Shown here piece by piece: positions 53,662-64,000 of a stretch of DNA of 64,000 nucleotides. This stretch comes from Octopus sinensis. Lineage: Eukaryota. The stretch spans positions 49,972,001 to 50,036,000 of the forward strand of contig NC_043012.1 in the NCBI RefSeq assembly GCF_006345805.1, read 5' to 3'. Position numbers and translations under genes: made by a program. Every line of letters begins with the position of its first letter. Position 1 is the stretch's first letter. The notes beneath the pieces were generated by a model, which saw only the letters and a program-made list of their open reading frames with translations, did no database searches and was not told the origin of the DNA.

Positions 53662-53692
<31 letters not shown>

Positions 53693-53949
53693 TAATATAT
53701 ATATGTATGTATGTATGTGTGTGTATATGTTTGTGTGTCTGTGTTTGTCCCCCCCCACGTCGCTTGACAACCGATGCTGGTGTGTTTACATCACCGTAAC
53801 TTAGCGGTTCGGCAAAAGACACCGATAGAATGAGTACCAGGCTTACAAAGAATAAGTCCTGGGGTCGATTTGCTCGACTAAAGGCGGTGCTCCAGCATGG
53901 CCACAGTCAAATGACTGAAACAAGTAAAAGAGTAAAAGAGTAAAAGAGT
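53497..53949 (+). mobile_element. SINE family A, full length (preceded by a family B 3' fragment at ~53350-53465)
   Basis: caggagtagctgtgtggtaagtagc...(aaagagt)n tail. Confidence 0.95.
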
Positions 53950-54139
53950 ATGTAGATCCTAGATGTATGCAAGTATACGTAGAGTTTGCCTTTAGCTCCT
54001 TCACAATATTTAAATATTTTGCATTGACATCGTTGGCTCTCAGTCCGAAAGACATGAGCTGGATACAGATGTTGCTGCAGGAATCTTGATAAAAACAGTT
54101 CAGTGACGACAGAACGAAAGCAGTGTTGAGGGTACAAAT

Positions 54140-54380
<241 letters not shown>

Positions 54381-54589
54381 GTCGGCTGTGACACCAACAG
54401 CAGTTAGTTATTACTATATATTTATGTTATGATTAAAACAAACTTATGAATACTGTTCTGCGTTTTTCACCATTACCAGCATCAGCACCAGCACCACCAC
54501 CGCGATCATCATCATGAACATCATCATCATCATGAACAGCATCATCATCATCATCATAATTGTCGGTATAGTGGCCATTATCAACATCA

Positions 54590-55030
54590 GTGTAACGTAC
54601 CAGCCGAAACAATCTTTTGCACTTCTTACATGGATGGTAAGACAGGGATCATTCTCAAATAATTTTCAATTCCTTTTATAATCATCCCAAGTGTGTCTAC
54701 TATCACCGGTATTTTAACCGTCTTGATATGCCACGTGTTTTCGATTTTAATCAGCAAATCTTTATATTTGCTGAGCTTATCAAATTCTTTTTCCGAAATA
54801 TGATCACAAGTTGTGTACGTTTTTCACAACACCTGGTTTATTAGCTTTGATGGTCCTGTCTGTATGTATTGGAAAGTCCCCATAAAAAAGTTACATTTTT
54901 TCCCTCTGTAACAGCATCAAAATGGTGCTTATACCATTTCTCAACAGATTTGATTTTATAATGCCAACATATTTACCAGTGTAGATATTGGCAATCTCTG
55001 TCATGTCTTGTTTTATATTTTAGAGGTACT
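54590..55030 (-). mobile_element. R4/Dong-like LINE restriction-like endonuclease 3' remnant
   Basis: YKHHFDAVTEGKNV..., then after a frameshift FPIHTDRTIKANKPGVV, and EKEFDKLSKYKDLLIKIENTWHIKTVKIPVIVDTLGMIIKG...EVQKIV, the RLE motif layout. Confidence 0.8.
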
Positions 55031-55380
55031 AAAAATGGCAAGAGTGGATGGTACTTCTCTAACTGTAGTCGGAGAGAAGGAATTGGAGAGGGCACTTGCT
55101 CCTGTGGTTTCAGGGAAATCTCGGACAGTGGGGTTCCTCCATTATCCCTAGAGGCCTTCCTGTATTAAGTAGGTCACATCTCTCTCATCCTTCCCGACAT
55201 ATTTAAAAAAAAACCTTTCTCAGCTTTGCATATGACCCTTCTTTTTCTATTTATAACGTGTATAATTTCTTTTTTTTTCTATCATTATATTATACGTGAA
55301 CCCTCATACTGTGGTAAATAAATGAAATTATTGTTAGTGTCGTTCTTATTGTTGTTATTAATATTATTATTATTATCATT

Positions 55381-55812
55381 GAGTGAGCGAGCAGAGCATG
55401 CCATCAAAGTGACACTGGGGTAAAATATACGAAGCCCAGTATACCCATCATGACTACCCGTCTAATAAGGGTACACCAGGCACATGCATCACAACCATAT
55501 GTGCGCGACATGGTGATCTCATATCAAGATAAACAGCACATGACCTTGCAGGTGGAGCCCAGTTAGTATTTTCTTCAGATCGAGTAACCCACCTCGCTCA
55601 AAAGGTCCCTGAATAAGGGTTGTTTAAGGACGTTGAACGAAACACCCATGTTTCCAGAGATGAATTATTCAAACCCCAAAGAATCCTTCTCAACACATGG
55701 CTATGATGCTCCCCCACTACTTCTGCTCGTGATCAGAGTTGCACATATCGTCAGCCACTTAGGGACATGGTCAACTGGTTAAGGTCAAACAACTGACAAG
55801 CAAATCTGTGGT
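55381..55812 (-). mobile_element. ~430-bp retro-type unit with (AAT)n tail, copy 1
   Basis: Aligns end to end with 56347-56779; minus-strand 3' end runs into a trinucleotide tail. Confidence 0.7.
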
Positions 55813-56150
55813 TTTTCTGTTTCATTTGATTTGGGAATTAAGATGGTTTTCCCCTTCGTGAGCCATTCAGGCATTGTCTCTGGCTCTGCTAGTACGTTGT
55901 TAAAGTTTTCAGCCAGCTTTTTGTGCATTCCTGTTAGATATTTCAACCAGAAGTTGGGGATCTTGTCATGCCCAGGTGCCTTCCAGTTGCTTAGTCTTTG
56001 CAGTGCCTGGGTGACCTCTTCAGTTGTTATGGGGGTCCAAAGTTGTTCAGATGCCGAGTTTGTTATTTTGATACTCCTTTTTTTTGGTGGTTCTTTCGCC
56101 GACCATATTTCTCTCCAGAATTCTTCCAATTCTTCTGCCGTTGGTGCTGC
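55812..56150 (-). mobile_element. R4/Dong-like LINE RT N-terminal fragment
   Basis: EEFWREIWS...ITTEEVTQALQRLSNWKAPGHDKIPNFWLK...PEWLTKGKTILIPKS covers RT regions 0-1 (KAPGxD motif). Confidence 0.85.
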
Positions 56151-56215
56151 ATTATGATTATTATTATTATTATTATTATTATTATAATTATTATTATCAT
56201 TATTATTATTACTAC

Positions 56216-56251
<36 letters not shown>

Positions 56252-56269
56252 CATTATTATTATTATTAT

Positions 56270-56343
<74 letters not shown>

Positions 56344-56346
56344 TTG

Positions 56347-56779
56347 ACTTAGACAGCAGTACATCCCATCAAAGGTACACCGTGGTACAAGCAGTCGAAG
56401 CCCAATATACACATCATGAATACCCATCTGAAAAGAGTATACCAGGAAGATGCATTACATCCATATTGGCGTCACGTGGTGATCTCATATCAAGATAAAC
56501 AGTACATGACCTTGCACATGAAACCCTGTTAGAATTTTCTTCAGGTCGAGTAACCGATCCTGCTCAAAATGTCCCTGAATAAGGGTTGTTTAAAGATGAT
56601 CAACAAAACACCTACGTTTCCATAGGTGGACTATAGAAACCCCAAATAATTCCTCTAAACATATGGCTATGATGATCCCCCACTACTTCTGCTCGTGATC
56701 AGAGATGCACATATAGTCAGCCACTAAGGGACATGCTCAACTGCTGACGGTTAAGCAACTGACAAGCAAATCTGTGGTA
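56347..56779 (-). mobile_element. ~430-bp retro-type unit, copy 2, with (ACT)n(AAT)n tail at 56155-56345
   Basis: Direct similarity to 55381-55812. Confidence 0.7.
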
Positions 56780-58204
56780 TTGGGAAGAATATTTGCTGTA
56801 GATCATCTTTTTACCAAGATGAAACTTCCAATCAATTAAGATCAAAAGCTATAAGATCCTATTGTTGTTGTTGTTGTTTTTATTATCATCACCATCATTA
56901 TTTTTATTCACAGTTGTATCCGTTGTTGTGGGTGTTGATGTGATAGCACCATATCACTTCGTGTTTCTGGTAACTTTCATTTTAACTCTACTTTAAGATT
57001 CTGTGCCAAAAATGTTTGCTTTATATGTTTTATAAAGTTCAATGGTCGCTATTCAGTGTAAAAAAGCATGGTGTCAAATTCTTTGGCAAATTGCTAGGGA
57101 AGTGACGCAACAAATTACAAAACTTTTTTTGCATTGCCTTCAAAATGCAAAACAAAATAATACACCACCCGACTCGTTTCGCCAGCTCTTCTTATGGTTT
57201 GCTGAAGGGAAACGTTCCACCTGTACGGTGATGCATTTGTTGACGGGAACCGCTTAGTGGTGGATTGATTTTGCTGTGGTTGAGAGTATGCTGACATACG
57301 CCGATGTTGCGAGACCTCCAGGGCTTCATTGTGAAGTGCAAGAGTGCTTCATTGACTCTGAGAGGTGTGGTCGTAGTTTGTGAGATTCGCTTTCCCCAAT
57401 ACATCTTTTGACAGCGTTGCAATCTAGAATGCCATTAGGGTTTCATTACACCCCATCGTTTGAACAAAGCGCTAACTTGTCTTTATTAATTTGGCTTCCT
57501 AACAGTGAGTAATCAGTTTGCAAGTGTGACGAGCAGCCTCTGGGCTTCGTCAAAAATAATCAAGGTGTTTTTTTTTTCTCGAGGATTTTCGGGGCAGGTT
57601 CCAGAAATCCCTGGCGCAACAGTGTTATCTAGAGTCATTGCCTATTCCATATAGATTCGACAGGTACTGAAATGCTGACAGCCATTCCCATTTCAGATGC
57701 ACACAATGCAATTGAATTGTTCTGCACGCATTTGCCAGTGCAATACCATTGCTGATTTGTGGAATTGTGTTGAACAACTGGTGTCTCGTGTATCGGGCAT
57801 CTGTGATATTTTCCTGCCTTTGTCTAGGAAAAAAATATTTTTATTAATCTCGTGGCTTTTGAGAAAACGTTTATGTACTTGGACAGACTGAATATGCTGA
57901 AGGTTAATATCTTCAACTTTCGCCAAAATCTCATCAAAATTTTCAGTGGAAAATATGCGTTGGCAGGGAAGTGATGTCTCCAGAAAATTTGTTGAAAGAT
58001 AGATGAGAGTGAAAAAGATGAACCGAAAGAAATGGTATTCTCAGAGAATGTACTTGCTGACAGAATGCTGACAACATGGAGGGGCAATTGCCTATAGAGG
58101 AGAGAAATGAATGTAGCTCGGTGGGATTTCCACGAGTAGCTTCAGAAGTATCCCACTTTTGGAAAATTATTCTTTGGTTAAAAATGATTTCTTTATTAAT
58201 ATTT

Positions 58205-58420
58205 GTTTTCTTATTACCCACAAGGGGCTAAACATAGAGGGGACAAACGAATTAAGTCGATTACAACGACCCCAGTGCGTAACTGGTACTTAATTTATCG
58301 ACCCCGAAAGGATGAAAGGCAAAGTCGACCTCGGCGGAATTTGAACTCAGAACGCAGCGGCGGACGAAATACCGCAAAGCATTTCGCCCGGCGTGCTAAC
58401 GATTCTGCCAGCTCGCCGCC
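58205..58420 (-). mobile_element. SINE family B, full length, with 17-bp TSD
   Basis: TTTCTTTATTAATATTT at 58188-58204 and 58421-58437. Confidence 0.95.
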
Positions 58421-58524
58421 TTTCTTTATTAATATTTTCCCCATTTAACAAACGTGGCACTTTGTATCGTATTGTGCCATCCTCACTCTGTTTTCTGAAC
58501 AGTTAGTTCTCACCTCGTCTACAA

Positions 58525-58569
58525 ATACTACTACTATTACTACTGTTGCTGCTACAAGTAGTAGTTTTT

Positions 58570-58603
<34 letters not shown>

Positions 58604-58696
58604 CAGCAGCAGCAGCAGAAATAGTTGTAGTAGTAGTTGTTATAGAAGTAGTTGTTGCAGTAGCAGTAGCAGTAGTGGTAGTAGTAGTAGTAGTAG

Positions 58697-58789
<93 letters not shown>

Positions 58790-58820
58790 TATCACTACTA
58801 CTACTGCTGCTGCTGCTACA
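58525..58820. repeat. (GTA)n/(CTA)n/(CGA)n compound microsatellite
   Basis: Direct reading. Confidence 0.95.
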
Positions 58821-59029
58821 TTTTCCCCTTAGCAGTTCACGCTTATTCATCGTAGTATTGGACAGCTTTTTATAACGCTTCACACAGCAATTTAGGTATT
58901 TTGCAACTAAGGTATTTAGGTATTTTGTGCATAGAAACCTGGTTCTCGGTACAATCGATTCCATTAAGATTCCATTAGGAATAATGCAAACTCTCCTTTT
59001 CTGGTAAATGTGCATGAGTCAATAGCTGG

Positions 59030-59240
59030 AGCATCGGTCTTAGAACTGTGGGGTTGTGAGTTCGATTCTTGGGACAAGCTGTGTTTTGTGTTTTGTTCTT
59101 GCCCAAGACATTTTATTTCACATTGCTCCGTGCCAAGCTGGGATATATGGATGACTGCCGGTCTTCCGCAAAAAACCTTCCCTGGACTTATGCTTCAGAG
59201 TGGAATTTCTACAGACAATCCCATGGCTCTTCGTGACAGA
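59030..59240 (+). mobile_element. Degenerate tRNA-headed SINE of another family
   Basis: gtgagttcgattctt (B-box-like), then gttcttgcccaagacattttatttcacattgctcc, a SINE-core-like tract. Confidence 0.4.
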
Positions 59241-59602
59241 AGGAAGAAATCATCAATGCAAACTTTAGCACGATTGGGAATTATATAAAATTCGTAATTC
59301 TTGCCCGGTTATTTCATCAGTTTCTCACGTTTGTTTTGTGTGTCTCATATGTATGAAAGAGGCATTGATTTTTGATTAAGCAAGCCACTCTTGACTTTTG
59401 TATTCTGTAAGACACTCTCCGTGCTTGAATGTACAGGATCATTTTCAAATATGTATTTTGTTCAAATAGTGTTCTAAAATCCATTAATATATGATAGTTT
59501 CCATTTCTTATAAAATATCTTAAGAAGCATCATGGTATGGTTCCTCCGATTGCTTCACTATCAGGAGCTACACATTATCAATCACATCCTTTTATCCTGT
59601 AT

Positions 59603-59793
59603 ATTTTACTTGTTTCAGCCACCAGAGAGTGCCCATGCAGGTGCCTCCTTGAAGAATTTTGGTTGAACGAATACACTCCAGTACTTATTAAGCTTTTTAA
59701 GCCTGATATAAATTCTATCGTTGTTTTAGCCGAACCGTTAAATTACGAGAACGACGCACACATACATACATGTATGCATACAAACACACACAC

Positions 59794-59871
<78 letters not shown>

Positions 59872-60060
59872 AGTACATACATATATAAGCGTGTATATAT
59901 GCGGCGTGTTTCTTTCAGTTTTTGTCTGCCAAATCCACTAATAAGGCTATCGTCGGCCCGAAGCCATAGTAGAAGACACTTACCCAAGGTGCCATGCAGA
60001 GGGACTGATTCCGGAACAATGTGATTGGGAGGCAAATTTTTACCGCACACCCACGCCTTA
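59603..60060 (-). mobile_element. SINE family A, older copy
   Basis: Family A body and head order, with many substitutions. Confidence 0.8.
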
Positions 60061-60290
60061 CATGTGCATTTGCGTCTATGATGCTGCAGCATTCCAAATA
60101 CCACTTATAGGACATTGGTCAAGAGACGCACTGGAAGCATATACTTACCCAAAATTCTGTGTAGTGTTCTTCATATAGACCCGTCTAGGCGACATAAGAG
60201 ATTCTTCTTTAATAAATGTGAATGAGATTCTGTTGTCTTACCACTCAGCCATCCTTTGTCCTATAAAGCTCTCATAGTTTATTGATTTAG

Positions 60291-60681
60291 TTACTCTTTT
60301 ACTTGTTTCAGTCATTTAACTGTGGCCATGCTGAAGCAACGCCTTTAGTCGAGCAAATCGACTCCAGGACTTATTCTTTGTAAGCTTAGTACTTATTCTA
60401 TCGAATCGCTAAGTCTCTGTTGCCGAACCGCTAAGTTACAGGGACGTAAACATACCAGCATCGGTTCTCAAGCTATGTTGGGGAGACAAACACACACACA
60501 AACATATACACTCACATACATATATACGACGGGCTTTTTTTCAGCTTCCGTCTACCAAATCCACTCACAAGGCTTTGGTCGACCCAGGGCTATAGTAGAA
60601 GTTACTTGCCTAAGGTGCCATGCAGTGAGACTGAATCCGGAACCATGCGGTCCGTAAGCAAGCTACTTACCACACAGCCAC
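60291..60681 (-). mobile_element. SINE family A
   Basis: As for 6957-7367. Confidence 0.9.
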
Positions 60682-60938
60682 AATCATAATGTTCGACGCA
60701 ACTAAATTCATTTTTTTAACGGTATGACGTTAAACTTTCACAACCAACACAAACATTAGCCTCCACGTCACCATTTCCCCCTCTCCATCTTCTTCAACAT
60801 TACTTTCACTTTCGAGGTCATCTTCGTCATCGTTGTCGTTGTCAATAGCAGGAGCAGAGGTAGCAGTATGTTCCTAGTAATTAATGACAGTAACAACGTT
60901 ATAAACATCATAATCAACACAATTATCACAGCCATCAA

Positions 60939-61195
60939 ACTCTTTTACTCTCTTTTATTGTTTCAGTTATTTGACTGCGGCCATGCTGGAGCACCGCCTT
61001 TAATGGAGCAAATCGACCCCAGGACTTATTCTTTGTAAGCCTAGTACTAATTCTATCGGTCTCTTTGCCGAACCATTATGTTACGGGGACATAAACACAC
61101 CAGCATCGGTTGTCAAGCGATGTTGAGGGGACAAACACAGACACATAAACACGCACACACACACACACACAAACACACACGCACACACATACACA

Positions 61196-61276
<81 letters not shown>

Positions 61277-61438
61277 GGGCCTCTTTCATTTTCCATCTAC
61301 TAAATCCACTCACAAGGCTTTGGTCAGCCCGAGGTTGTAGTAAAAGCCACTTGCTCAAGATGCCACGCAGTGGGACTGAACCCAGAACCATGTGGTTCGG
61401 AAGCAAGCTACTTTACCACACAACCACTCCTGCGCCTA
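60939..61438 (-). mobile_element. SINE family A with expanded internal (CA)n
   Basis: As for 6957-7367. Confidence 0.9.
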
Positions 61439-62309
61439 TCATTTTTCAACATTGTTACTATCATCATCGTCGTCGTAGTTGTCGTCGTAGTCGTCGTTTT
61501 CATCATCATCCTCGTAGTTATCGTCACCCTCGTTGTCATTGTCGTCGTTGTCATTATCGCCTTCATCATCATTATTCTCATCCTGAACTAATCATTTTCT
61601 TCAGGACCATTATCATCGCCTTCAACACAATCAAAATTTTTAAAAGTAAGTAACGACGACCATAAATAAATGAATAAATAAACAAATAAATAGACAAAAT
61701 ATATATAAATAAATACTCCATAAGCCATTAACACCATTGCTATTATTCTATTAACTTTATTATCGTTCTTTGCTAAATCCGCTTCCTCCTGAATAACTCT
61801 AATACTACATGCACATTACACCCTGTGCAGCACAAATAGCATGAACGTCAACAATAACAAAAACAACAACAACACGACCGCCACCACTACCCCAACAATA
61901 ATCACCTCGATAACAAGAACAGTAACAGCAACAACAGCCGAAATTGCAGCAGCTCCTCATTAGTCATTAGGGTCAACATTTTACGAGCTGCAATATCCAT
62001 ACGGCCATCACTGCAGTCAATTTTTTCTTTTGTGTGAAAGAATTTTTTTGTTCGATTTTCGTTACCATTTTGTTGGATTATCTTTTCGGGTCTTTATCTT
62101 CTTATTACATTCATTTAATTCGTGTATTTTTATTTATTAGGTTTGTGTACCATTTTTTGTTTGTTTTTGTTTACTTTGTGTAGTTACTGCTGTTACTATC
62201 GTCATAATTGTTTTCTTTGTTAATTCTTCGAATCAAGCATTCAATAATACTTCTTGTTTTTTACCATTCTTTAGTTTTACGTTCAGCTTTCTTCATAATT
62301 TTGTCTACT

Positions 62310-62311
62310 CA

Positions 62312-62367
<56 letters not shown>

Positions 62368-62370
62368 CAT
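62310..62370. repeat. (ATT)n microsatellite
   Basis: Direct reading. Confidence 0.95.
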
Positions 62371-62840
62371 CATTATTTTCAGTAGTGAGACTGCTAATTG
62401 ATTTCTAAGTAGCTTTTCCTCGTTCCAATGTTGTCTCTAGATTATCAAAAATAATGTTTTAATTAATGCCATCAAAATTTACAATTCTAATTTTATATCA
62501 TCATATTAATATTACTTCAGCTGCTAAAGCTGTTGTATTTGTGTTTATATTATTTTTATTGTTGTTATGCGTCCTTATCCTGCACGTCAATCGTTTACAA
62601 TATTTTTTTGTGTATGCTGCTGTACGTAATGTGTGTGTGTTTAGATTATACATACAAAATACGCACTATGCACAAAAGCTCATGTCTATATACATATGTG
62701 TATGTGTGCGTGAGTGTGTGTGTGTGTGTATATATGTCTGTATGTGTGTGTATTTGTGTGTGTCTGTGTTTGTATAAATATATGCATAACTCTGTCTACA
62801 CACACTCATATATATATATACATATACACACACACACACA

Positions 62841-62924
<84 letters not shown>

Positions 62925-64000
62925 GTGTGTAAATGTGTTTGTGAATCTATCTCCATCTTGTGGCGCTTATAATCTTGGCTATTTTTTTTCTAATTTAATT
63001 TCTTTCTGTCTAGTTTAAACCATAAAAATTATAAAGTTATGTCTTGTTTGTTTCGTCCATACATATTTTCTAAATATTATATTTCTTTATATCATACACA
63101 TCGTTAACAGATATACACGTATTAGTCTAATGCATACAGATAGCCCATCACAAATATACACTTGATTCTCCAACATATGCGAAACTTTTATATATGATAC
63201 ACTGCTTCGTCACACGAATATACACTTCTTTCGCTACATGAGTTAAAAAGTGCTATGATTTTTCCTCCCCACGAATATTCATTTAAGATAATTTATTATC
63301 AGAAAACAAAGAACCAACAACATTCATACGTATATTGTACAATAAATATTGCCAAATGGAAATGTGAGTGGTAGTAATATTTTAAAAGAGAGACTGAAAA
63401 AATGATAATGGTTATGATGATGACGATGACGACGACGACGAATACAACAACGACAACGACGACGGGGCCACAACGTCCACGACAACGGCAACTTTGAAAA
63501 TGACAACATATTTACGTCTATGATAACAACCATAATCACACTGAAGCTCGTTGTCAGTAAACATTAAACACAGGAACGAAAACAATTCAAGGTTTCTATC
63601 AGGAACAAAAGTATACAGCTGTCATTATAAAGGATAAATGAAAGGTTAGCGACAAAATTTATAGAGCGCAACAGAGAAGAGGGGAAAGTGTCATAAACAT
63701 TTGAAGAAAAGAAGTTTCGTTAGACATTGAGATATGTAGAACGAAGGACAACGCAGTTTAGAGAAATAAATTTAGCAGGAACGTAATAGGGCCTTAGGGG
63801 AGATTCGAAAAACAAAGATAGATCAGTTGCTATTTTCTGAGACTTAGGTAATGAATCATTAAATGGTGAGCAGACAAGAATCACAGGATTTTTACTAGAA
63901 TCTTTAAGCTTTCCGACAAAACAAAGCGCATGCTACTTCAAGCACTAGTGCACTCACAGGTTCATAAATCCTGCTAAATATAGTGTATAATTCTCTCCAT

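Overview
AT-rich, repeat-saturated eukaryotic DNA with no supportable host protein-coding gene. The SINE families, long (TA)n/(CA)n/(TAGA)n/(AAT)n tracts and transposon types resemble an octopod (Octopus-like) genome; this is inference from recall, not a database hit. Contents: at least three tRNA-headed SINE families in many copies; decayed mariner, Tc1, maT-like and hAT transposases; R4/Dong-like and RTE LINE fragments; two L1/Tx1-type ORF1 relics; one young 5'-truncated Tx1-like LINE with a 12-bp target-site duplication (TSD) at the edge of a GATA/GGTA microsatellite; and a composite non-autonomous Helitron. The best second-look signals are (i) Penelope-type minimal hammerhead ribozyme (HHR) motifs with palindromic stem III, including one with a complete core at 50119-50179 (-); (ii) the microsatellite-anchored Tx1 insertion; (iii) an ORF1-only (HAL1-like) element; (iv) fold-backs and tandem duplications that break inside (TA)n tracts, some possibly long-read assembly artefacts. 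Almost all ORFs in the supplied track are microsatellite translations. All family assignments come from manual motif recognition.
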